DNA of 64,000 nucleotides, taken from contig JAQFVV010000005.1 in NCBI GenBank assembly GCA_028023455.1, forward strand, positions 6,324,001-6,388,000. Reading direction: 5' to 3'. The stretch's first letter is position 1. Each line of letters starts with the position of its first letter. Origin of the DNA: Epiperipatus broadwayi. Its lineage: Eukaryota; Animalia; Onychophora. The position numbers and the translations under genes were made by a program. The notes under the pieces were generated by a model that did not search any database, was not told the DNA's origin, and worked only from the letters and a program-made list of their open reading frames with translations. Of the stretch, positions 52,947-64,000 are shown one piece after another.

Positions 52947-53780
52947 CCTTCAATAATAAAATATTTGCACTATTATTTATGTTTGCTATTTTTATTACAT
53001 ATATATTATATTGTCTGGCATTTAAAATTTTCATAAACTGCATTGTTTATTTGATAAATTTTTAGAAACCATTAACAGGCATTTGCACTTTATTTTAATG
53101 TTTTGCAAATCCAATGAAAAGCAGATTAGTAAAAGATATTAAAAAAAATATTGGTATTAAAAAAGAGAAGATAATATCAGTATTAAAAAAAAACAAAATT
53201 TCAAGACAGCACCAAAATCGATCACAGAATTCCGATATTTCGGAGACTGACATTTTTACTGCTGCGCTATAACAAATACAGTACAATATACCGGTTTTTA
53301 TAAAATATAGCTGATAAACAATATGACTGTTGTTTAATACTGAATAATTATTGTAATTATTGAGATTTTTAAAAATAAATTGACAATGTGTTATATTTTA
53401 TATAAATTATGATATTTAAATAAAAATGATTTTAAAATCAAAGTATTTTATTTACATATATTTTATTGTGGTGATATGGGCTGGTTTCTTTGATTTAATG
53501 CAATGGTAGAGAATATAATAAGTATATTTCAACAAACTATTACAAGAGTAAGTAAAAAAAGTAATCCTTTCCTATTTAAGTAAAAAATATTTACAATCAG
53601 AATATGTTTCTAACACTGGTGATTTGTAAACCTAAACATTTTCAATTACGTATAAATTTTGTTAATTATTGCAACACCATGCTGCACATCTATTCTATTT
53701 AATCCAATAGTATAGTGTATAATGTATGCTGTAATATATTTTGAACAATCATCACAAGACTAAATAAAAAGGTAATCATC

Positions 53781-54274
53781 TTATTAAAACAGGCAAAACT
53801 CTCTATATGTACTGCCACTCAGTGCAAGCCAGAGTAATCAATGGATGCCAGAGGGCTTGTGCATAAAATCCCCAAATAGTGCCTACTCATCCAATATCCC
53901 CAGACTAGTTTCTGGCTTGTGGCCTTCGTCAGTGAGGAGCCTTAGATCTGAGAGCACTGCACCTAGATCTTAGGATCTAATGCAACCCCCCAGCAACCAT
54001 TTTTATCTCTACTTAACTACAAAACTATGAGTCTTAAACTGAAAACACTATAATATTTTCAATCCAAGCTCATCAGCTTATATAATCATATAGGTCTGAA
54101 CTCAGTTCAGTACCTATACATTTTGATGTCTTTGGTTCTTTAATAACCATAGCCATCACTATCCTATTAGGCAGGATTGGTTTTAAGCCAATAAACATCA
54201 CATGATCACCATGTCTTATGCATGCTCTTAACTGTTATTAAAACAGGCAAAACTCTCTATACGTATTGCCACTC
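53781..54274 (-). mobile_element. Family A element: 454-bp monomer plus 40-bp terminal direct repeat (retrozyme/Penelope-derived)
   Basis: 53781-53820 and 54235-54274 are direct repeats (38/40). The element contains one hammerhead motif and the family terminus seen in the other copies. Confidence 0.85.
53897..53938 (-). ncRNA. Family A minimal hammerhead ribozyme (variant stem II junction)
   Basis: uccuca-CUGACGA-a-GGC cacaa GCC-a-GAAA-CUAG-UC-ugggga. Stem I has 6 bp and stem III is the palindrome ACUAGU. Predicted cleavage between 53903 and 53902. Confidence 0.75.
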
Positions 54275-54994
54275 CTCTTATACTGTATTTAAATAAAAAA
54301 TATTTATAATAAGAACGTTTCTAACAAAGGAGTTATTTGAAAATCTAAACATTTTCATTTACATTTTATTAAATATTGATATGATGTCCCCAATGATGAA
54401 GTGTCTTTGTGTTGTGAACATTCACATGTGACAATCCTGTTTCTAATTTCTATTTCTGAAAGCTGATTCTTTATTGCCAAAGAAAAGAAAGATTGAAAAA
54501 ATGCAATAAATTATCAATGCTTTCAAAATATTTTTTTCCAAAGACCAAAAAAAAAAAAATGAAAAATTAAAATATTTTAAACTTTCCCCAATTTTAAAAT
54601 TGTCACTTCCATTATCTACATAAAGAAATTTTTAAAAAAACTCTATAAGTTATATTTGTATATTTTAATAAAACTATAAAAATTATTTACAAAATTAAAT
54701 TGTATTTTTCTGTGTTAAACAAGTTGCATTAAGTATTTCATAAAGCGCAACTTTTTTCTTTAACACATATTTCATTGCACCAAAGCAAGTTTATTGTTAA
54801 ATAAATAAATAATTATTAAACTTTTTCAGAATATTGTATTTTTTACTATAAATACTCAGTTTCTGCAGAGATTTTTAATAAGTGTTTGTTCTTTTTTATA
54901 AGGAGGACCATTTTAGTTGCTAGTAACAATTTACATTGGAGATTTTTATTCAACATGCTAGTTGTTTGTTTACTTATCATTTATATATATATAT

Positions 54995-55123
54995 AAAGAT
55001 TTTCAAGCACCCTTCAACTATCCACACTATCTCATACAACTGATACACATGACCACACATGTAGAAAAGATAAATAATCACCAATATACATATTTTGTGC
55101 TAAACCAGCACTCATCAGTTGAG
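54995..55123 (-). ncRNA. Family B repeat with hammerhead motif (55080-55123), G12 mutated
   Basis: cucaa-CUGAUGA-GUGCU gguuu AGCAC-aAAA-uaugua-UA-uuggu. Homologous to 1248-1378. Confidence 0.8.
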
Positions 55124-55524
55124 TTAGGGTTTTTACATTTAAATCTGAAAACATATAGCTCTAAAATAAACCGTATCTGCTTTATTTTAAATTGAAGCTT
55201 TATCAATTAATGATAAAGATTTATTAATTAAGTGCTTCTTTTATATTTTCTTTATTTTATCTTTTTTATTATTATTATTATTTGTTTTTATAATGCAGTT
55301 GGGAAAAGTGCCTTTAATTCACTGTCACTTGCTTCTTTATTTAAATTTTCATTTACTGAACCACATCAGTTTTATTTTTAATTTAAACTGCTTTAGCTGG
55401 GGAGGGAAAGAAATATTGAAAATATATATATGTGAAACAATGTGCCTGTTTCAGTATATAACATAACCTTTTGAGTAATACTATTCTCATTTCTTGTTTA
55501 GGTGTTGCTTGTTCTGACTAGTGA

Positions 55525-55610
55525 TAGTACTAGCAAGAGAATTGAACCTGGGATATTTCGATATGTGAATATTGATTTTAAAGTAATGCTCTAACTAGGT
55601 TATTCTGTCA
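55525..55610 (-). mobile_element. Possible decayed tRNA-derived SINE
   Basis: Reverse complement has an A-box-like taacctagttagagc and a B-box-like ccaggttcaattctc. Confidence 0.4.
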
Positions 55611-56301
55611 AAGGTAACGGTTATCCTAATCTTTAAAAAATTTAAACCTGAAATGCTAAAAAACAAACTGCATCTAAGAAATACTATATGAGTGTGATAG
55701 GATGTATATTGGTGAAATTAGTCATGAAATCTTAAAAGTGATTTATAGAACATAAACTGATGATTAGAAGTGAAAAACCAGATATATCTAATGCAACTGG
55801 CTATGTATGTATTAATGAACATATGTATGATAAAGAAAAGACAAAAATATTAGAGAGGGACAAGCACACACATTTTTTTAAAAGTAACTGTTCATTTGAT
55901 AATGGCAAACAACCTCACAAGTCAACCTAGTGGAATAATTCATAATATTTGAAAACTATTTAAGAAAAAAGTGGAAATATCAGGAGGATCCTCATATTTA
56001 AGTATATGAAATTTCTACTAATTGTTGCCTTTGATAAAATAGCCTGGTTTGGTTAGTGTGTTACTTTAAATTCAATATTCATAAATTTAAAAGTCCCAGA
56101 TGCGATTTTCTGGCTAGTATACTAATATGTGCATTATTATTAACAGTTAAATATATTCGAAAAATTTAAATAAAGTTTGAATTTCTCTAAAAACATTTAA
56201 TATTAGACAATGGAAATAGTACAACATATAATTACAATTACAATACTATCATCGCAAACTTAGACATATATTAAATAACTTTGTATGTTAAAGAAAATAA
56301 A

Positions 56302-56355
56302 TGGCTATTGTAATAGTAAAAGATATCTTGGCTATTGTAATAGTCAAAGATATCT
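56302..56355. repeat. 27-bp tandem duplication
   Basis: tggctattgtaatagt(a/c)aaagatatct x2, one mismatch. Confidence 0.95.
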
Positions 56356-57261
56356 TAAAAGTCTGGCAGTATTTAAGAGATGATGAACATTAATAAATAA
56401 ATAAAAAATTAAAGAAATCTCTTTACTTATGTAAACACACTAAAGATAATTTTTCTTCTTCTAACTTTTACAAATAAAAGTATTACTATAAAAATTCATA
56501 GAACAGATTCAAAACTTCTTTTAAATAAACTTCTAATGCCAATGTATTTATTTGTCAGTCATATTTTGTACTATAAATAGATTATTGGTATAAGAAAATG
56601 AGCATTATTTGCAAGTTTATTAAAATGATTCTTTGGGAATCTGACTTGAAATCAAAATAATGCTTTTATTTGTGAATGCAGAAATATTTTTTTATTTTCT
56701 ATTTTTGTGTTTTAGAAATATAACATTGAATTATTGAAATCAGTATTCAATGAATCATTCTACTGACATCAATGTTTCAAATAAAATTTAAATTGCTAAA
56801 TAATTTTTGTCTATAACTGTTTTGCAAACTCTAAATAAATATACTGCCATCAAGAAAACATATTTATGTATACTTTCAATTAGATTAGAAATAGGAAGGT
56901 AGGTGAAAACTGAATTACAAAATTTGATCCAGACAAAAAAAAATTAACTAAAATATATAATATAAAAAAAACCCACATCTATCCTCAATAATTTCAGACT
57001 ATTCCATCCAATATTTGGTTACATAATTAAGTCACTTCTTCCATACTTATAATCATACAATGAATGTTAGGTCTAACAATAATCTCAACATTTCTCGCCT
57101 CAGGCCAAATTTTTAATCTTAACATTTTATTTGGGCTAAAATAAACTCTAGAATAAATTATCCTACTTCTGTTGGTAGAAAACCAATTTCACTTGTGAAA
57201 TTATACAGGTTTTATACAATCAGCTTTATTAAACTTTTTAAAATTAAAATAAATAAATATT

Positions 57262-58980
57262 TCAAGTGAATTGTATGCGAATTTCAAGAGTATCATGATC
57301 GATAAAATGACTAGCTTCGTGATTCTCCAAAACACTTTTCATCATATCTTTGTAATCACATAAGTGGCATTGGAATGCTTTAGTACTAAGGTGACAATCA
57401 TATTTCTTTTTCTGTTGATCAAAATTTGACTTGAAAAAAGAATTCATTATATGAATATTTCTTCTGTGTTTTGTCAATGTATGTTGAGAAACAGCTTTAT
57501 AATCGCACAAACTACATAAGAAAAGTTTTTCTTCTGTATGAATACTCTCGTGCTTTTTTAGATTGCTTTTATAAGCTGCTTGATAATCACATAATCTACA
57601 ATGGAATGGTTTTTCCCCTGTATGGCTTCTTTTATGTACTAGTAAATGGCTCTTTAGCTTGGCTTTATATTCACACACGTTGCACTGAAAAGGTTTTTCT
57701 CCTGAATGACTTCGTTCATGTCTACTTAAAGCACTTCTTTGAGCAGCTTTGTAGTCACATGAACTGCATTGAAAGGGTTTTTCTCCTGTATGACTTCTTT
57801 CATGAACGATTAAATGACATTTCAATGCTGCTTTGTAAACACATGAATTACATTGAAAAGGTTTTTCACCTCTGTGGCTTCTTTCATGTATTATTAAATT
57901 ACTTTTCTGAGCAGCCTTGTAATCACACAAGCTGCACTGAAAAGGTTTTTCTCCGGTATGACTTCTTTCGTGTATTTTTAAAAACATTTTATGAGCAGTT
58001 TTGTAATCACACAAGTTGCACTGGAAAGGTTTTTCTCCTGTATGACTCCTCTCATGCATTTGCATAGCAAATTTTTGGGCAGCTTTATAATGACACAGAC
58101 TACATTGAAAGGGTTTTTCACCTGTGTGACTTCTTTCATGTATTTTTAAAGTACCTTTTTGTGCAGCCTTATAATCACATTTATTACAGTGAAAAGGTTT
58201 CTGACCTGTATGAGTTCTTTCATGTGTTTTTAACATGCATTTCATGGCAGTTTTGTAAGAGCAGAAACTGCACTGAAAATTTTTTTCTCCTGTAGATTCT
58301 TTTTCATACACTTTAAAATTAATTTTTTGAGCAGTTTTATAATTGTATGAGTTGTATTCTAAAGGCTTTTCTTCCAGATGACTTCTTTCATGTATTTTTA
58401 AAGCACTCTCTTGAGCACCCCTATAATTACATAAACTGCACTGAAATGGTTTTTCTCCTGCGTGAGTTCTTTCATGCATTTTAAAGGCACATTTTACTGC
58501 TGTTGTATAATCACACAAAATACACTGAAAAGGTTTTGCTTCTGCTTGTGTTCTTTGATGTCTTTTTAAACTAGTTTTTGTGGCAGTTTTATAAGTACAA
58601 AATCTACATTGAAAACATTTGTCTCCTATAAAGTTTTTTTCAAAAATTATTAAATCGTTTTCAATTATCTTATAATCATGAAAACTACTTTCACAAGGTT
58701 TTTGTCCCATATGACTTCTTTCATGTATTTTTAAAGCACTTTGTTGAGCACCTCTATAATTACACAAATTGCAATGAAATGGTTTTTCTCCTGCATGGGC
58801 ATCTTCATGCATTTTTAATGCACATTTTGCTATGGTCTTATAATCACATGTACTACACTCAAAAAGTTTTTGTCCTGTTTGAGTTCTTTCATGTCTTTTT
58901 AAACTAGTTTTTACAGAAAATTTATAAGTACAGAAACTACACTGAAATATTTTTTCTTCTTCATAAATTGTTTTATCCAT
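57262..58980 (-). CDS. C2H2 zinc-finger protein, 572 aa, 19 finger units (15 intact C2H2, 2 with the last His replaced by Gln, 2 fully degenerate)
   Basis: Uninterrupted ORF with repeated CxxCDYKAAxKxxLxxHERSH-TGEKPFQ. In-frame TAA two codons upstream of the ATG. AATAAA on the minus strand at 57225-57230. Confidence 0.95.
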   Translation of the reverse strand: MDKTIYEEEKIFQCSFCTYKFSVKTSLKRHERTQTGQKLFECSTCDYKTIAKCALKMHEDAHAGEKPFHCNLCNYRGAQQSALKIHERSHMGQKPCESSFHDYKIIENDLIIFEKNFIGDKCFQCRFCTYKTATKTSLKRHQRTQAEAKPFQCILCDYTTAVKCAFKMHERTHAGEKPFQCSLCNYRGAQESALKIHERSHLEEKPLEYNSYNYKTAQKINFKVYEKESTGEKNFQCSFCSYKTAMKCMLKTHERTHTGQKPFHCNKCDYKAAQKGTLKIHERSHTGEKPFQCSLCHYKAAQKFAMQMHERSHTGEKPFQCNLCDYKTAHKMFLKIHERSHTGEKPFQCSLCDYKAAQKSNLIIHERSHRGEKPFQCNSCVYKAALKCHLIVHERSHTGEKPFQCSSCDYKAAQRSALSRHERSHSGEKPFQCNVCEYKAKLKSHLLVHKRSHTGEKPFHCRLCDYQAAYKSNLKKHESIHTEEKLFLCSLCDYKAVSQHTLTKHRRNIHIMNSFFKSNFDQQKKKYDCHLSTKAFQCHLCDYKDMMKSVLENHEASHFIDHDTLEIRIQFT

Positions 58981-61900
58981 TTTTTAGCACTTTATATAAT
59001 TACATTATTAATTAATTTTTTATCTGTATGATTTTCTTCATGTAATATTAAAGTATTTTGAATTATACAAGATAGAACATCAGAATTACATCTGTCCACT
59101 TTACATCTATCATTTAATCACATTTTTAATACAGTTATGTCACTATTTCACTCCATATTTGATATCTATTTTCATTAGTATCACTCATATTTAATAATAA
59201 ATTACTTAATATTTTGTCAATCTCCAAGAAATGAAGTAGATTACTGAGAAACATTTTAGAATCTATAAATTCTCAATAATCTTAATTCTTTTAAATCTTC
59301 GATATTTCTTTCGTTCTCTGAATACATTTAGTTGATTTCAAATTATAGCAATTCTCAATATTAAAAACAGAGAAGAACCTTATAATATACTTTTGAAAAA
59401 AAAGTATATATTTTTTTACATAACAATAATTTTGACTACACAGAAAATACTATTGTAATAATAAAAGCATGAATATAGTCATATAGTTTTTACAGTTATT
59501 ATCTTTAATTTGATCATGATATTAATATCATGTCACAAAGCTTGAATAAACCATCGGCTTCTAGACAATATATCAACAGATGGGGTACAAAAGTTACAAA
59601 AATCTCATATTTATAACCTGCATAAATTTCTGTGAAATATGTACTTGGTAATTCATATTATTAAAATGAGAGGGTTAAGTAATATTTAGTTAAACAAACA
59701 ATCTGTGGTTGGTCCTTTAAGAAGTCTTTCCATAGATTCCTAATAAGAGATTATAAAATATAAGTAAATTTAATTACAACTTCTATTATCACAATGATCA
59801 TAAGAAAGATGTTTCAAATTTAACTTCTTCAAGAGCAATTTACTGTGAACCTAAATAAACAAAACAAAAAAATAATAATTATAAGACTAATGTTAAATGA
59901 ACAACATTTAAATTATAAATATAAAGAAAGTATCAATGAATCATTTAAAACAAAACAACATTAACAATGCATTTTTATATCTTTGTATATAAAAGTTACT
60001 TAATTATGTATTTTAAATATATAAAAAAAGATATTTAATAATTAATAAAAATTTAAAAAATATTGTTTTGATACAATGACAAACTACTGTCAATATATTA
60101 ATGTTTGGTCATAGTATCTACTGTTTGATTACCTATATCTACTTTTACAGTGTACACATGCTTTCTCTCTCACACACACACATGAACATATGTATACAAT
60201 ATTTGAGATCTGATTAAAATAATAAGATTAGGATGCAGGCTTTGAAGCTATATAATATAAAATAATGATTTATTCCATAAACAAGCTGTTTCTCCAAATC
60301 TTACACTAATGCAAGTAACTTAAATAGAGACATCATTCGCAAAAAAAAAAAAAAACATAAACAAATCCTCAAAATGATAAAAACTAACTTCTGATCACAT
60401 TTTCTTCTAATACTCTACTTTTTCTTGTCATGAGCGCCTTTTTTCATTTCTAAAACATCAGTTTTAGTTGAAAAAAGATATGATGACAATCCTATAATTC
60501 ACAATAATATGAAAACAAACTTAGTTGCAAATAGTTAAAGATATCCTGTATTGTATGCGAATAGAAGGAATATTGGAATAAGTTATCAACTGCAGATAAT
60601 TTTGACAAGACCATCATGACAAGATCTTAACATTTTGAAGTCCAGTTGCATAACTATCAGTTAATCTCAAGCCTGACATCTACTAAGCTAAAAATGTAGA
60701 ACTATAGTAATAGCAATTAAAAAAGAATTCTAATAACACAAATAATTTAATTCTTTAAAAAATGTATGATTAAACAAAAGGTCTATTCTAAAACCATCTA
60801 TAATAAGCTTTAGTTATCAGTAATTTTAAAATGGTTCTGCATTTCAATTCCCACTCAGAAACTAGTTTAGGAAAGAGCATTTAAATGTAATATCATCTTA
60901 TAATCATTGACTGTTCAAGCTTACTATATACATAACATTAGAATAGATAATTGGGCTTGTTTTATCAGATATTAATTAAATTAAAGAATTAAATGATATG
61001 CTGCTATTATTAACATTGGTAGAAAAAAAGGTGTCTACAATAAAAAATTGAGGACATTAAACTATATAATTACTGACTTGGAGGCAGATGTACAGAATTG
61101 TTCAAACAGCTTGATTTAGGTTCAAAACCCTAGAGTGTTTTGAAATTTAGGCTTCTGGATTGAATAATAAAATGGAGTTAAAAATAGTTATTAACTATAT
61201 AATACTTCAATCACTGATATCTTACCATGGTTATTTAAAGATGACCTAAAACAGTATTTATTCTCATTGCATTTGAATGACACTGTTAAATTACTTATTA
61301 TACCCTCTCATCACAGATTAAATATTACATTTAGACATATGCCTATATAATATATAGTGGAGCCATGAACTATTCTATATCATGACTTTAATTATATGAT
61401 ATCCCCAAAAAATGTAAACAAACAAAAATGTGCATAAAAAACACCCCATTAAAATTCACAAATTTTATATTTGGCAATCATTTTTCATTTTCTGAATGAC
61501 AAACATGATTATATATATCAATAAAATTTCTTCGATTTATGTTGAAAGCACATACATTTTATTCTTCATTTATAATCCTTTCCGAATTTAATGTGCACTA
61601 TTTTGCATAATAAAATATTTTCTGAGTGTAATGCTAAAAGTTTTACAAAATTTTAGAACATACTAAAAGTTGAAACTGATTTGAAAATGCCAAAATAATT
61701 AAAGAAAAACCACCTACCATGTTTCTATAAGAGACAAAAATTACTGAAAAAAAATGATATACATACATCACCCAAAATGTATTCAATAGCAACAAAAATC
61801 CAATATTTCACTATTTATTTTATTTTAAAAATAAAAATACAGTAGATAGTTTTTTCTACTGATTCTCATTGCTTCAGTGAATGCACTCGGTAAAATATAG

Positions 61901-62859
61901 GTAAATGTGTCCCTTCGATTTATCACTAAGAAATATATTATTACTATTTTTAAAATATTATTTATACTAAAATCTTGATTTAAATGCATATTATGCAAAA
62001 AAATAAACACAGCATCCATGTTATGTATGTATAAGCTTGTTGAAAAGTATTTTTTATTAATAAAACAAGAGCTATTTATTATACACTATATACGTTTGAA
62101 TGAGAAGGGGTTTGGAATAAAGTGTAGCATAATTCATGGTTCTACTGTATAGCCATACTCAAATAAAAACTTTTGAATAGATTTACCATTTGTTACATAT
62201 TTCTCAGTTTATTCTAACAGTTCTTCGTCACTATAACATGAGAAACAACTTATATTCACATATTTTTCTATCTAATGTAATACAAAAAAAAACCATTTTA
62301 TTTCTTCTTAGAAATGCACTTTTTAATTTTAATTGACAAGAACTTTTTTTTATATCTACCATATACATGTCTAAATGTAATGCATTTGAGACAATAATAG
62401 TATTGTTTGCATACAAGTATATCCATAAGCAATAATTTTTAAACTATAAAAATTAAGCATTAGTTGCTTACCATAAATGTATCATAAATTCAAAAAGATT
62501 GAGAGCCACGTCTTTATTCTATGTGTATACATAGCATAAACATTTTACCAAACAAATATAAAATAGTATGAGTAGTTACAGGTAATGGAAGAGTCTTATT
62601 TATATTAATATCTGAATATTTCAAACAAATAAGTGATAAATATTTAAATAAATTAAAAAAAGGCAAACTAGAATGAATAAAATTCATCTATAATATAAAT
62701 ACTGTTTATAACATATAGATGGATTAAGATTAATAGAAGGCAAAAAACAACAAAAATAAATATTACAATGGAAAAATAGTGTTAATAGAGATATAATATT
62801 GAACAATATATACGTTTATTGATTTATTAAAGCTTAAACAATTATCAGAAAGATGAGAA

Positions 62860-63620
62860 TTAGCATGGAAACAAGCAATGATAATTCATTTTGCAATTGT
62901 GGCAATAATACAATATTAAAGATACGAGTTTAACAAAATGTTAAAAAAAGATGTACTATAAAAGGGTAATTACAATAGCTAAGTTAAAAACAGTATTAAA
63001 AAAGATTAAAGGTTATTTAGTGATCTATTTAAGTCAGATTTAAAAAGGACTTGTTAAATATGTTGCTCAAATTCTAATTTTATGTGGAGCAAAAACTTAA
63101 CAATTAGTATAAAGAAAAATAAAAGATTCAAGATTTCTGAAATGTAAAATTGGGCAACAAAAAGTTGTATTAAGCATAAGTATTAATCAATTATACTACT
63201 GAAAAAAAAAAAAAAACAAGTAAAGAGGTAAATGAATGTTTTTATAGGATGGGAATTAACATTGAAAGGAACAAAGATCATTGATTTTGTAAATACATCA
63301 ATAGTAGTAGATATTAAAAATATAAGCTTAACAAAATATTAAGTCAATTGTAAGACAAAAAAAAAAATTGCAATAGTTAAGTTGGAAAAATAGATGATAA
63401 TAATATTAAAGAAAAATTGATTATTTATCAAGAAAATACTGAAGTAAAAAATGAATTGGATAAAGTATGCATCTGATGGTAATAGAAGAATTTAACAGGA
63501 TATGTTTATAAGATTTGTAAAGATAACAGGTTAGTTAATGATTTTAAAAAAAGGGGGTGGGGATGAGGAATAGTTGTAGGTTTGAAATCCAAAATAAGCA
63601 ATAAGTTTTAGAGAAATTTT
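62860..63620 (+). mobile_element. Possible RTE-like LINE 3' fragments
   Basis: LVKYVAQILILCGAKT*, KRFKISEM*NW and a terminal G-rich GRGRPR-like stretch resemble the RTE ORF2 C-terminus. Heavily decayed. Confidence 0.4.
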
Positions 63621-63701
63621 CTCAAACTGACATATAGAACTTGCCTTTTGAAAGCTAATTAAAGATTATAATAATATATTGTACACTTAAATTATATATA
63701 C

Positions 63702-64000
63702 CAGGGATGGCAAACTTCCCATGTCTACAAAAGCCACATGTTAAAATTGATATACATTCAAAAGCTGCAATTAAATTTTTGAATAAACAGAAGCAAATAT
63801 TTGACTTATAATTTTTTTTATTAATATAATTTAATTAGATAAAATATCAAGCGAACAAAATGAGAGCAAAATCAACAATAAATTATTAATAATGTCATTA
63901 TTTTTGATTAGCAATAACATTAAAATTTAGCATAAAATCAGTTTTACTCAATGTTTTAATATTACAAACTTTACTATTGGCATAATGGTTCACAAGAATA
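63702..64000 (+). mobile_element. Left end of a putative hAT-family non-autonomous element (runs off the window)
   Basis: cagggatggcaaac resembles hAT/Charlie-type termini. The partner TIR is not in the window. Confidence 0.4.

Noticed and set aside
54045-54078. Second ctgatgag...gaaa within the family A monomer
   Set aside because: Stem II does not pair and there is no matching stem I/III.
57471-58067. 198-aa plus-strand ORF (also 21398-21697)
   Set aside because: Antisense shadows of the repetitive zinc-finger codons with no independent domain features.
61070-61140. B-box-like ggttcaaaaccc
   Set aside because: No A-box or cloverleaf support.

Overview
Very AT-rich, CpG-depleted eukaryotic DNA, probably from an arthropod (inferred from repeat and zinc-finger style, not shown by the sequence). 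Only two intact protein-coding ORFs are supported. Both are paralogous minus-strand C2H2 zinc-finger arrays (21215-22015 and 57262-58980) with no N-terminal effector domain. The rest is mostly decayed transposable elements: APE-RT LINEs, an RNase H-bearing I-group LINE, RTE remnants, a near full-length hAT, a deleted Tigger/pogo, MITEs and tRNA-derived SINEs. The most notable signal is three distinct small repeat families carrying minimal type I hammerhead ribozyme motifs with palindromic stem III, the form known from Penelope-like elements and retrozymes. One copy (53781-54274) is a 454-bp monomer plus a 40-bp terminal direct repeat, as expected from copying a circular or tandem RNA. Four other copies of that family are fold-back (inverted) insertions. 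No prokaryotic systems, CRISPR arrays or rRNA genes were seen. All alignments and translations outside the supplied ORF track were done by eye.
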